NCBI RefSeq assembly: GCF_009914755.1
Contig: NC_060938.1
Direction: 5' to 3' (one strand)
Origin: the human T2T-CHM13v2.0 reference genome, Homo sapiens
Length of the DNA: 64,000 nucleotides
Shown here: positions 1-14,996 of the stretch, piece by piece
How the letters are laid out: each line of letters begins with the position of its first letter
How positions within the stretch are numbered: position 1 is the stretch's first letter
Notes under the pieces: model-generated
Database searches by the model: none
What the model saw: only the letters and a program-made list of their open reading frames with translations
What the model was told of the DNA's origin: nothing
Position numbers and translations under genes: made by a program

Positions 1-3000
1 CTACATTCCACTCCACTACACTCAATTCCATTCCATTGTGTTCCCTTCCACTCCACTCCACACTACTCCATTCCATTACATTCCATTGCATTCCACTGCA
101 CCCCACTCCACTCCATACAATTCCATTCCACTCCACTCCGTTCCATTCCCCTCTATTCCGTTCCATTCCATTAAATTCCACTCTTATCCACTCCACTCCA
201 CTCCACTCCATTGCATTCCACTCTACTACACTCCACTCCACTCCATTCCATTACATTCCATTGCATTCCACTCCATTTGATTTCATTCCACTCAATTCTG
301 TTCCGTTTGACTTCATTCCATTCCAGTCCATTCCACTCCATTACATTCCGTTTCATTCCACTGCACTACACTCCATTTTATTCCATCCATTCCTTTACAG
401 TCTTTTCAATTCAATTCCACTCCACTCAATTCCACTCCATTCATTTCTATTCCATTCCATTCCTTTCCATTCCACTCCACTCCATTCCATTCCTGTCCTT
501 TCCAATCAACTCCTCTCCAATCCACTCCACTTTATTCCACTTCACTCCATTCCATTCCACTCCACTCCACTCCTCTCCAATCCATTCCACTTCACTCCAC
601 CCTATTCCATTCCCCTCCATTACATTCCACTCCATTCCACTCCACTCCTATCCACTCCACTCCAATCCACTCCACTCCATTCCATTCCACTCCACTCCTC
701 TCCACTCTATTCCACTTCACTCCACTCCACTACTTTCAATTCCATTCCCTCCCATTCCTTTGCTTTCCACTCCATTCCACTCCAATCCACTCCACTTTAT
801 TCAATTCCATTCCACCCCATTCCATTACAATCCACTCCACTCTACTCCACTCAACTTTAACGCATTACATTCAATTGCATTCGATGCCATTCAATACCAT
901 TCCCTTCTATTTCATTCCAATCGATTCCATTTTATTAGACTCCATTCCATTTGAGACCATTCCATTCAATTCCACTGCATTCCACTCCACTCCTCTCCAC
1001 TCCTTTCTATTCCATTCCACCCCATTCTATTCCAGTCCATTTCATACCACTCCACTCCACTTTACTGCATTCCATTGGATTCCATTTGATGCCATTCGAC
1101 TCCATTCCATTTGATTCCATTCCATTTGATTACTTTCCTTTTGATTCCATTCCATTCGATTCATTCCATTTGAGTCCATTCCATTCCACGCCATTCTATT
1201 TCAGTCCTTTCCATTCGAGTCCATTCCATTCCATTCCCTTCCATTCCACTCCATTCCATTCCATTCCACTCCATTCCATTCCATTCCACTCTCTTCCACT
1301 CCACTAGAGTCCACTCTATTCCACTCCATTCCACTCCAAACCACTCCTTACCCCTCCGTTCCACTCCAATCCACTCCACTGCCATAAAATCCATTCCACT
1401 CAATTCCACTTCACTCCTTTCCACTCCACTCCACTCCATTCCACACCACTCCACTCTACTCTACTCCACTACATTCCAATCCACTCCACTGCATTCCACT
1501 CCATTCCATTCCATTGCATTCCATTCACTCCACTCCACCCTACTCCATTCCATTACATCCCATTGCATTCCATTGCACTCCACTCCACTCCCCTCTGTTC
1601 AACTACATAACTTCCCATTCCATTCCATTTGATTGCATTCCACTGCGCTCCACTCCAATCCACTCCTTTCCATTCCACTCCATTCCATTCCATTGCATTC
1701 TATTCCACTCCAATCCATTCCACTCCACTCCATTGCATTCCACTCCACTCCACTCCACGTCATTCCATTACATTCCATTGCATTCCACTCCACTCCACTC
1801 CCCTCCTTTCAATTCCATTCCTTCCCATTCAATTCATTTCCACTCCATCCCAAGACAGTTCACTCCACTCCATTCAATTCCATTCCACCCATTCCCTTCC
1901 AATCCGTTCCCCTCCACTCCACTCCACATCTCCACATTCTGTTCCATTCGAATACATTCCCTTCAATTAAATTCCATTCAATTCCATTCCATTTGATTCC
2001 ATTCCATTCGATTCCAATCCATTCGAGTACAATCCATTTGAGTCCTTTCCATTGGATTACATTCGTTTCCAGTTAATTCTATTTCAGTTCATTCTATTTG
2101 AGTCCATTCTATTCCACTGCATTCCATTCCATTCCATTCCATTCTATTCCGTTCCATTCCGTTCCATTCCATTGCATTCCATTCTACTCCACTCCACTCC
2201 AATCCACTCCATTCCATTCCACTCTACTCCACTGTACTCCATTCCATTCTATTCCACTGGATTCCACTCCAATACACTCCATTCCACTCCACTCAATTTG
2301 ATTCCACTCCACTCAACTGCACTCCATTTCATTCCTCTACATTCCATTCCATCGCATTCCACCCCACTCCAATCCACTCCACTCCAGTTAATTCTATTCC
2401 ATTCCCTGGCATTCCACTCCACTTCACTCCACTCCGTTCAATTCCATTCATTCCCATTCCATTCCATTCCCTCCATTCCACTCCACTCCACTGCATTCAA
2501 TTCCATTCCACCCCATTCAATTTAACTCCAATCCACTCCACTCCACTTCACCACATTCAACTGGATTCCATTCGAGGTCATTCAATTACAATCCATTCGA
2601 TTGCATTCCGTTCGATTCCATTCCATTCAATTCCATTTCATTCGATTCCAATCCATTCGATTCCATGCCATTCAATTTATTCCATTCGAGTACATTCCAT
2701 TGCAGTCGATTCCTTTCCAGTTCATTCCATTCCAGTCCATTCCATCCCAGTCCATTCCATTCAATTTCATTCCATTCGATTCCCTTCCACTCGAATCCAT
2801 TCCGTTCTATTCCATTCCATTCAATTCCATTCCATTCCAGTCCATTCCATTCGAGTCCATTCCTTTCCATTCCATTCCTTTCCATTCCGTTTCATTCCAT
2901 TCCATTCCATTTCATTCCATTCCATTCCATTCCATTCCATTCCATTTCATTCCATTCCATTCCATTCCTTGCCCTTCCATTCCATTCCTTTACATTCCAT

Positions 3001-6000
3001 ATGATTCCATTCCTTTCGATTCCATTCCATTTGATTCCATTCCAGTTGAGTTCATTCCATTCCATTCCATTCAATTCCATTCTACTCGAGTCCATTCCAT
3101 TCCAGTCCATTCGACTGCATTCCACTCCATTCCAAGTGATTCCTTTCAATTCCATTCAATTCCATTCCTTTGAATTCCTTTCCACTCCACTCCACTCCAC
3201 TTTATTCCATTCCATTGCATTCCATTCCACTCCACTCCACCCTACTCTATTCCATTCCATTCCATTCCATTGCATTCCCCTGCACTCTACTCCACTCCCC
3301 TTTATTCAATTCCATTCCTTCCCATTCTATTCCATCTCATTCCATTCCACCCCACTCTACTCCATTCCACTCCATTCCATTCGATTCCATTCCATTCCAC
3401 TCCACTCCACTCCATTCCACTCCATTCCATTCCATTCCTATCCACTCCCCTCCACTCCACTCCATTGCATTCTACTCCACACCACTCCACTCCACTCCAT
3501 TCCATTACATTCCATTGCATTCCTCTCTACTCCACTCCACTCACCTCTGTTCAATTCCATTCCATTGCATTCCACTCCACTCCACTGCACTCACCTCTGT
3601 TCAGTTCCATTCCATCCCATTCCATTCCAATCCATTCCAAGACTCTTCTCTTTACTGCATTCAATTCCATTCCACCCCATTCCCTTCCAATCCATTCCCC
3701 TCCACTCCACATCAACACATTCTGTTCCATTCGATTATATTCCCTTCAATTAAATTCCATGTGATTCCTTTCCATTCGAATCCATTCCATTCGAGTACAA
3801 TCCATTCGAGTCCCTTCCATTGGAGTACATTTGTTTCCAGTCCATTCCATTCCAGTTCATTCAATTCAAGTCTATTCCATTGCAATTCATTCCTTTCCAT
3901 TCCATTCCGTTTCATTCTACTCCACTCCACTCCACTCTATTCCATTCCAGTACACTTCAATCCACTCCAATCCATTCCATTCCACTCCATTCCACTCCAA
4001 TTCACTCCACTCTACTCAATTCCATTCCACTCCACTCCACTGAACTCCATTCCATTCCACTCCATTCCATTCCATTGCATTCCACTCCACTGAAATCCAC
4101 TCCACTACTGTCCAATCCATTCCATTCCATTTCATTCGACTCCACTCCACTCCATTCGACTCCACTCCACTCCATTCAATTCCATTCCTTCCCATTCCAT
4201 TCCATTCCGCGCTATTGCTGGCCACTCCACTCCACTGCATTCAATTTCATTCCACCCCCTCCAATCCCACTCCATTCCACTACACTCCACTTCATCACAT
4301 TACATTGGATTCCATTCGAAGTCATTCAATAACATTCCATTCGATTCCATTCCATTCGATTCCATTCAATTCCATTCCATTCCATTCGATTCCATTCAAT
4401 TCAATTCCATTCCATTCGATTCCATTCCTTTCGATTCCATGCCATTTGATTTATTCCATTCGAGTATATTCCATTTGAGTCCATTCCTTTCCATTTCATT
4501 CCATTCCAGTCCATTCCATTTGGTTTCATTCCGTTTGATTAAATTCCGTTTGATTCAACTTCATTCGATTCCATTTCACTCGATTTCATTCCATTCCAGT
4601 CCATTCCATTCGAGTCCATTCCAGTCCATTCCATTCGAGTCCATTCCATTCCATTCCATTCGAGTCCATTCCATTCCATTCTATTCCATTCCATTCTATT
4701 AAATTCTTGTCCATTCCATTCGAATCCATTCCATTCCATTCCTTTCCAATCCATTCCATTCCAATCCAGTCCACTTCATCCCATCCCACTCCACACCATT
4801 CCATTCAAATCCATTCCCCACCATGTCACTCCATTCCATACCATACCATTCCATTCTATTCCATTCCATTCCATTACTTTCTTTTCCATTCCATTCCTTT
4901 CCATTCCTTTCCATTCCATTCCTTTCCATTCCTTTCCATTCCATTCCATTCCACTCAACTGCACTCCACTCAACTCCGTTCAATTCCATTACTTCCCATT
5001 GCTTTCCATTCCACTCCTTTCCAGTCCACTCCACTCCACTACATTCAATTCCCTTCACCACATTCCATTCCACTCCATTCCAGTCCAATTCACCCCATTC
5101 CAGTCCACTCCACTGCTCTCAATTTTATTCCATCCCATTCTATTCCATTCCATTCCACTGCACTACACTCCATTTCACTACACTGTATTCCATTCAACTC
5201 CACTCCATTCCATTCCAATCCACTTGACTCGACTCAGTTCCTTTGCTTTCCATTTCATTCCATTCCATTCGATTCTACTCCACTCCATTCCTATCTACTC
5301 CACTCCACCCTGTTCAATTCATTTTCTTCCCATTCCATTCCATTCCTAATCGCTTCCACTCTACTCCCCTCCACTGCATTCAATTTCATTCCCCCTCGTT
5401 CTATTCCACTCCGTTTCTCTCCAGTCCAGTCAACATCAATGCATTAAATTCGAGTCCATTCGATGCTATTCGATTCCCTTCCATTTGATTCGATTCCATT
5501 CGATTACATTCCACTTGATTCCATTCCTTTCGAGTTCATTCCATTTGATTGTATTCCATTACAGTCCATTGCATTCGAGTCCATTCTATTTGAGTCCATT
5601 CCATTCTAGTCAATTCCATTCCAGTCCATTCCATTCGAGTCCACTCCTTCCCATTCCACTCCGTTCCAATCCATTCCATTCCATTCCATTATATTCGAGT
5701 CCATTCCATTCCAGTCCATTCCGTTCAATTCTACTCCATTCCACTCCACTTCACTGCACTCCGTTTTATTCCATTCCATTCGATTCCATTCCACTGCCCT
5801 CCACTCCACTTCACTCCACTCCAATCTGCACTCCATTCCATTCCATTCCACTCCACGCCATGCCATTCCACTCCATTCAAATGCATTCCATTCCATTCTA
5901 GTCCATTCCTTTCCACTCCACTCCATTCCACTCGACTCCACTCCACATCACTCCATTCCATTCCATTCAGTTGCATTCCACTCAGCTCCACTCCACTCCA

Positions 6001-9000
6001 TTCCATTCCATTCCATTGCATTCCACTCCACTTCACTCCACTGCACTTCATTCCGTTCAATTCCATTCCTTCCATTCCATTCCATTCCAGTTTTATCCAT
6101 TCAATTCCATTCCAACCCATTCCATTCCACTACATTCCACTGCAATCCACTCCCCTTCACTGCATTGCATTCGATTCCTTTTGATGTCTTTCGATTCCAT
6201 TCCATTCAATTCAAATCCATTTGGTTCCATTCCATTCGACTCCATTCCATTCGATTCCATTCCATTCGATTCCTTTCCATTCGACTGCATTTAGTTTTAT
6301 TCCATTACATTCGAGTGCATTCTATTCGAGTCCATTCCATTTTGGTCTATTCCATTAGGGTCCATTCCATTCGAGTCCATTTCATTCCATTCCATTCCAT
6401 TCCATTCCACTCAACTGCAATCCACTTCCGTACACTCCATTCAATTCCACTCCACTGCATTCCATTCAACTCCATTCCAATCCATTCCACTCCATCGTAC
6501 TCCATTCCATTCCATTCCATTCCATTCCATTCCATTCCATTCCGTTCCATTCCGTTCCATTCCATTCCATTCCTTTTGAGTCCATTGCATTTGAGTCCAT
6601 CCCATTCGAGTCCAGTTCATGCCATTCCATTCCATTCCTTTCCAATTCCACTCCATTCAATTCCTTTCCATTCCATTCCATTCCTTTTGAGTCCATTGCA
6701 TTTGAGTCCATCCCATTCGAGTCCAGTTCATGCCATTCCATTCCTTTTGAATCCATTCCTTTCGTGTCCAATTCATTGGCGTCTATTCCATTCCAGTCCA
6801 TTCCATTCCATTTCATTTCTTTCGAGTCCATTCCATTCCACTCCATTCCAGTACACTCGATTCCACTCCACTCTACTAAACTCCACTACACTGCGTTCCA
6901 CTGCATCCCACGCCATTACACTCCACTCCACTCCACACCACTCCACTCCAATACATTCCACTGCACTGCATTCTATTCCATTCCATTGCACTCAACTCCA
7001 CTCCACCTCACTCCGCTCCTTTCAACTCCATTCTTTCCCATTCCTTTCCATTGCATTCCACTCCTCTCCTCCCCACTCCACTCCTTTCAATTCCATTATT
7101 TCCCATTCCATCCCACTCCATTCCACTCCACTCCACTTCACCGCATTCCATTCGATTCCATTCAATGCCATTCGTTTCGACTCCATTTGATTCGATTTCA
7201 TTCCATTCTATGCCATTCCATTCCATTCCATTCCATTCCATTCCATTCCATTCCATTCCATTCCATTGCATTCCATTCGATTCCACTCCATTCGATTCCA
7301 TTCCGTTCAATTCCATTCCATTTGATTCCATTCCATTTGATTCCATTCCACTCGGTTACGTTCCATTCGATTCCTTTCCATTTGAGTCCATTCCATTCGA
7401 TTTCCTTCCGTTGATCTCCATTCCAATCCATTCCATTCCAATCCAGTCCATTCAATTCGATTCGATTCCATTCCATTCAATTCCATTCCACTCCTCTCCT
7501 TTCCCTTCATTGCATTCCACTCCACTCCACTACACTCTGTTCAATTCCATTTGTTCCCAATCAATTCCATTGCCTTCCATTCCAGTCCACTCCTTTACAC
7601 TAAAATCCACTCAATTGCATTCCCATCAATTTCACTCCACTCCACTGCATTCCACAAAATTGCACTCCACTCCATTCCATTCCTTTCCATTCCATTCCAC
7701 TCCACTCCACTCCACTCCATTGCACACTGTTCAATTCCATTCCTTCCCATTCCATTCCTTTCCACACCAATCCACTACTGTCCACTACATTCAATTCAAA
7801 TCCATTCCACCTCATTCCATTCCACTCCAATGCACTACACTTCAACGCATTCCATTCAATTAGATTCTATTTCTTTAGATTCCATTCCATTCCATTTTAT
7901 TCCTTTCCATTTGATTAAATTCTATTTGATTTCATTCTGTTAGAGTCCATTTCATTCGAGTCCATTCCATTCCACTCCTTTCCATTCCATTCCATTCCAC
8001 TCCACTCCACTCCATTCCATTCCACTCCATTCCATTCCACTCCATTCCATTCCACTCCATTCCATTCCACTCCTTTCCATTCCATTCCATTCCATTCCAT
8101 TCCATTCCATTCCATTCTACTCTACTCCACACCACTCCAATCAATTCCATTCCTTCCCATTCCATTCAATCCATTCCACTACACTCCATTCCATTCAATT
8201 CCATTGCAGTGCATTCCATTCCACTCCATTACACTCCACTCCACTCCATTACACTCCACTCCACTACACTTCACCACATTCCTTTCGATTCCGTTAGACA
8301 ACATGCAATTCTGTTTCGTTCGATTCCATTCCATTCTATTCCATTCCATTCCATTCCATTGCATTTGATTCCATTCCATTCAATTCCATTCCTTTGGAAT
8401 CCATTCCATTTGTTTCCATTCCGTTCCATTCCATTCCATTCCACTCCATTCCACTCCACTCCACTCCACTCCTCTCAATTCGATTCCATTCCATTCCATT
8501 CCGTTCCATTCCTTTCCATTCCATTCCACACCATTCTACTCTACTCCACTCCACTCCACTCCAATTCATTCCATTCCATTCGATTCCATTCCATTTCACT
8601 GCATTCCATTCCTTTGCACTCCATTCCATTCCATCCCAGTCCACTCCACTAAATTCCTTTCCATTCCATTGCACTCCACTCCACTGCACTCCACCACACT
8701 CCACTACACTTCATTCCATTCCTCTCCACTCCATTCCATTCTACTCCACTCCATTCAACTCCACTATACTCCGTTTCCCTCCTCTCCACTCCAATCATTT
8801 CCATTCCACTCCACTCCCGTACATTCCACTCAACTCCACTCCACTCTTTTCCATTCCATTCCATTCCACTCCTCTGTACTCTGTTCCACTCCAATCCATT
8901 CCATTCCAGTCCACTCTACTCCTTTCCACTCCACTCAACTCCACTCCACTCCATTCCATTCCATTCCAATCCATTCCATTCCACTCCACTAAACTCTACT

Positions 9001-12000
9001 CCACTGCAGTCCACTCTACTCCACTCCACTCCATTCAATTACATTCCTTCCCATTCCATTTCATTCCATTCCATTCCCTTCCACTCCACTCCACTCCATT
9101 CAATTGCGTTCCACGCCATTGCATTTCACTCCATTCCACTCCACTCCTGTACACTTCACCGCATTCCATTTGAAGCCAATTGATTCCATTCCATTCAATT
9201 ACATTCCATACGTTTCCATTCCATTTGATTCCATTCCATTCGAATCCATTCCATTCGATTCCATTTCATTCGAGTCTATTACATTCCAGTCCGTTCCATT
9301 TGAGTCCTTTCCATTCGATTCCATTCCATTCCATTCAACTCCACTCCATTCCATTCCATGCCATTCCATTCCCTTCCTTACCATTCCATTTTGCTCCATT
9401 ATTTTCCCTTCCATTCCACTACAGTCCTGTCCATTCCACCCAATTTCAACACAATCCTGTCCATTGATTCCATTCTATTCCATTGCATTGCAGTCCATTC
9501 CATTCCAAAAATTTCCATTCCACTCCACTCCACTCCATTCCATTTCATTCCATTCCATTCCGTTGCATTCCACTCCACTCCACTCCACTAAATTCCGTTC
9601 AATTCAATCCCTTCCCATTCAATTCCACTCCATCCCATTCCAATACACTCGACTCTATTAAATTCCATTCCATCCAATTCCATTCCACTTCATTCCACTC
9701 CACTACACTCTACTTCACCGCGTTCCATTAGTTTCCATTCGATTCCATTTGATTCCTTTTGATTCCATTTGTTGTATGCCTTTCAATCCCATTCCGTTCG
9801 ATTCCATTCCATTCGATTCCGTTCCTTCCAATCCCATTCCATTCCATTCCTTCCATTCCATTCCATTCTATTATATTCCATTCCAATCCATTACAGTCAA
9901 TTCCATTTGAGTCCATTCCATTCGAGTCCATTCCATTCCAGTCCACTCATTCGAGTCGATTCCATTCCAGTCCATTTCATTCGAGTCCCTTGCATTCCAG
10001 TTCATTCCATTCGAATCCATTGCATTCCATTCAATTCCACTCCACTCCACTGCACTCCATTCAATTCCATTCCATTGCATTCCACTCCACACCACTCCAC
10101 TCCGTTCAATTCCATTCCTTCTTTTTCTATTCCACTCCACTCCATTCCCCTCCACTCTCCTCCACTCTACTCCACTCCATTCTTTTCCATTCCACCCCAT
10201 TCCTTTCCACTCCATTTCACTCTGCTCCACTCCACTTCACCACATTGCATTCAATTCCATTCTTTTCCATTTCATTTGATTCTATTCCATTTGATTGAAT
10301 TCCATTCACGTCCATTCCATTCGAGTCCATTCCATTCCATTCCATTCCATTGCAGTCCATTCCATTCCAGTCCATTCCATTCCTCTCCACTCCACTCCAC
10401 TCCGATCAATTCCATTCCTTCCCATTCCATTCCATTCCATTCCATTCCATGACACTCGACTCCACTCCACTTCACTTCACTCCACTCCAATCCATTCCAT
10501 TCTATTTGATTCCATTCCATTCCTTTCTGTTCCATTCCTTTACACTACATTGCATTCCATCCCACTCTACTCCGTTCCATTCCACTAAATTCCATCCACT
10601 CCTGTTCAGTCCACTCCACTGTATTCCTTTCCACTTCACTCCATTCCACTCCACTCCACTCTATTCCACTCCACTAAACTCCACTCCACTCCATTGCATT
10701 CCATTCCACTCCACTCCACTCCATTCCATTCCATTACACTCCACTCCTCTCCATTCCATTCCATTCCCAACCACTTCACTCCACTCCACTCCACTCCATT
10801 CCATTCCATTCCAGTCCAGTCCATTCTGCTCCATTTCAATCCACTCCACTTCTTTCAATTCCATTCCTTCCCATTCCATTCCATTCCAATCCATTCCACT
10901 CCACTTCAAGCTACTCCATTCAATTCCATTCTACCCCATTTCATTCAACTCAATTCCACTCCACTCCACATCACGGCATTCCATTCGAACCCATTTGATG
11001 CTATTTGATGTCATTTGATTCTATTACATTCCATTCTATTCCATTCGATTCCATTCAATTCGTTTCCATTCCATTTCAGTCCATTCCATTCCAGTCCATT
11101 CCATTTGAGTCCTTTCCATTCGAATCCATTCCATTTGGGTGCTTTCCATTGCATTCCATTGCATTCGAATCCGTTGCATTCCAGTCCATTCCATTCCCGT
11201 CCATTCCAACCGAGTCCATTCCATTCCATTCCATTCCATTCCATTCCATTCCATTCCATTCCACTCCACTCCACTCCACTCTACCCAATTCCAATCCATT
11301 CCATTACATTCCACCCCATTCCACTCCACTCCACTCTGTTCAATTGAATTGCTTACCATTACTTTCCATTCCAATCCATTCCACTCCAAACCACCACACT
11401 CCATTCCATTCCATTCCATTTTACTCCATTCCATTCCATTGCATTCCACTCCACTCCACTCCGTTCAATTCCATTTATTTTCATTCCCTTCCATTCCACT
11501 CTATTCCACTCCACTCCATTCCGTTAGATTCCATTCCACCCCATTCCATTCCAATCCTTTCCACTCCACTCTAACACATTCCATTCCACTCCATTCGATG
11601 CCATTCAATTCCACCCGCTTCGATTCCATTTGATTCCATTGGATTCAGTTTTTTATGTTCGATTCCATTCGATTTCATTTGATTGCATATGATTCGATTT
11701 GATTCAATTTGATTCACTTCCATGTGATTCCATGTGATTCCATGCTATTCCATTACTTTCCATTCCACTCCACACCACTCCATTCAGTTCAATTCCACCC
11801 CATTCCATTCCACTCCATTGCACTCCACTCCACTCAACTTCTCCACTTTCCATTCGATGCCATTTGATTCAAATCATTTTGATTCCATTTAATTCCATTC
11901 AATTCCATTTTTTCCATTCGTTTCAATTCGATTCCATTCCATTTGATTCCATTTGATTCCAATTGATTTGATTCCATGTGATTCCAAGTGATTCCATTCA

Positions 12001-13229
12001 ATTCCATTCCATTCCATTCCATTCCATTCCATTCCATTCTATTCCATTCCACTGCAGTCCACTTCACTCCACTCTAATCCATGCCACTCCATTCCTCTCC
12101 ACTTCATTCCATTCCATTCCACTCCATTCCAATCCACTCCACTCAATTCCACTCCACTCTACATCACTCCATTATATTCATTTCCATTCCTTCTCATTCT
12201 ATTCCATTCCATTCCATTCCATTCCACTCCACTGCACTCCACTCCACTCCATTCCATTCGACTCCACTGCACTCCACTCCAGTTCATTCCACTCCACTCC
12301 ATTCCACTCCATGCCTCTCTACTCCACTGCATTCCACTCCAATCCGTTTCACTCCACTCCACTCCATTCCATTCCATTCCACTCCACTCCATTCCATTCG
12401 ACTCCACTCCAATCCACTCCACTCCATTCCATTCCACTCCACTCCATTCCAATAAACTCCACTCCACTCCAATGCACTCCATTCCATTAAATTCCATTCT
12501 TCTCCACTCCGTTCCATTCCATTCCATTCCTGTCTACTGCACTCCAATCCACTCCAATCCATTCCATTGCACTCCACTCCACTCCATTCCTTTCCATTCC
12601 ATTCCATTCCATTCAATTCAATTCCTTTCCATTCTGTTCCATTCCATTCCATTCCACTACACTGCACTCTATTCTACGACATTCCACTCCATTCCTCTCC
12701 ACTCCACTGCACTGCACTCCACTCCACTCTTTTGCATTACACTCCATTCCATTTCACTGCACTCCGATCCATTCCACAGAACTGCACTCCACTCCACTGA
12801 GATCCATTTCTTTCCTTTCCGTTCCATTCCATTCCATTCCACTTCATTCCATTCCACTCCACTCCAGTCCACCCCTCTCCATTTCACTCCATTCGACTCC
12901 ATTCCCCTTCAATCCACTCCATTCCACTGCACTCCATTTCATTCCACTCTAATTCATTCCATTGCTCTCCATTGTATTAAATTCAACGCCACTCCATTCC
13001 ACTCCATTCCACTCCACCCCTTCCACTGTTCTCCATTCCACTCCACTGCATTCTACTGCATTCCATTCCATTCCAATCCATTCCATACTATTGCATTCCA
13101 CTGCATTCCATACCTTTCCACTCCACTCCTTTCCATTCCACTCCTTTACACTCTGTTCCTCTTTATTCCACTCCATTCCATTCCACTCCACTCCATTCTA
13201 TTCCATTCTACTCCATTGCATTCCATTCC

Positions 13230-13293
13230 TTTATTTCGACTGGAACTCACTCTGTCACCCAGATTGGACTGCAGTGGCACAATCTTAGCTCAC
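13230..13293 (-). mobile_element. Alu 3'-end fragment embedded in HSat3 (copy 1)
   Basis: tttatttcgactggaactcactctgtcacccagattggactgcagtggcacaatcttagctcac matches antisense Alu TTTTTGAGACGGAGTCTCGCTCTGTCGCCCAGGCTGGAGTGCAGTGGCGCGATCTCGGCTCAC with CpG decay. Confidence 0.9.
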
Positions 13294-14932
13294 ATTTCAT
13301 TTCACCATTCCATCCATTCCATTCCTTTCCACTGCACTCCACTCCACTCCACTCCGTTCCATTCCACCGCACTCCATTCCAATCCATTCCATTCCATTCC
13401 ATTCCATTCCAATGCACTCTGATCAACTCCATCAACTCCACTCCACTTTAATCAATTCCATTCCATTCCATTGCACTCCATCCTACTGCACACCACTCCA
13501 CTCCACACTGCTCCATTTCACTCCATTCCACTCCATTCCCATCCACTCCACTCCACTGCCCTCCACTCCACTCCAATCCATTGCATTCCATTCCACTCCA
13601 CTTCATTCCATTGCATTCCATTCCATTACATTAGATTCTATTCCACTGCACTCCAATCCACTCCATTCAACTCCACTCCACTCCATTCCACTCCACTCCA
13701 ATCCATTCCATTCCATTCTGTTCCCTGCCATTCCATTTCATTCCATTCTACTCAATTCCACTACAATCAATTCTATTCCACTACATTCCATTCCATTCCC
13801 CTCCACTCCACTCCACTCCACTCCATTCCATTCCGTTCCTCTCTGCTCCACTCCATTCCACTCTACTCCATTCCATCCCATCCCATTCCATTGTATTCCA
13901 TCCTATCCCATCCCATTCCATTCCATACCATTCCATTCCATTCCATTCCACTGCATTTTGATCCACTCCACTCAATTCCACTCAACTCCACTCCATTCCA
14001 CACTGTTCCCTTCCGTTCCATTCCATTCTGTCCCATTCCATTCCATTCTGTTCCATTCCATTCCATTCCATTCCAATGGAGTCCATTCCATTCCACTGCA
14101 TTCTTCTCCATTCCACTCCAATCCACTCCCCTCTACTGCACTCCACTCCAAGCCATTCCATTCCATTCCACTGCACTCCGATGCACTCCACTCCACTCCA
14201 TTCCAATCAATTTCATTCCATTCCACTCCAGTGCACTCCATTCCAATTCAATCAAATCCACTCCACTCCCCTCTACTCCGTTCCTTTCTGTTCCATTCCA
14301 TTCCGTTCCATTCCTTTCCATTCTGTTCCTTTCCATTCCATTCCACTCCACTGCAATCTATTCAACGACATTCCCCTCCATTCCACTCCACTCCACTGCA
14401 CTGCTTTCCACTGCACTCCATTCCGTTACATTCCATTCCCTTTCACTGCACTCCGATCCACTCCACTGAACTACACTCCACTCCTCTCCACTGAGATCCA
14501 TTTCTTTCCGTTCCATTCCCTTTCGTTCCATTCCACTCCATTTCATTTCACTGCACTCCAGTCCATCCCTCTCCATTTCACTCCATTCGACTCCATTCCC
14601 CTTCAATCCACTCCACTGCACTTCACTCCACTCCATTCCATTCCATTCCACTGCACTCCATTCCATTCCACTCCATTCTATTGCATCCATGCCACTCGAT
14701 TCCACTCCATTCCACTCCCCTCCTTCCACTCCTCTCCATTTCACTGCACTGCCTTCTACTCCATTCCATTCCATTCCTCTCCTTTCCATACCATTCCATT
14801 CCACTGCATTCCATTCCATTCCACTCCATTCCATTCCGTTCCACTCCTTTACACTGCATTCCACTCTATTCCACTCCATTTCTTTCCACTCCACTGCATT
14901 CCATTCCATTCTACTCCATTGCTTTCCATTCC

Positions 14933-14996
14933 TTTATTTCAACTGGATCTCACTCTGTCACCCAGACTGGACTGCAGTGGCACAATCTTAGCTCAC
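14933..14996 (-). mobile_element. Alu 3'-end fragment embedded in HSat3 (copy 2)
   Basis: tttatttcaactggatctcactctgtcacccagactggactgcagtggcacaatcttagctcac has the same endpoints and flanks (atttcatttcacca) as copy 1, 1703 bp away. Confidence 0.9.
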
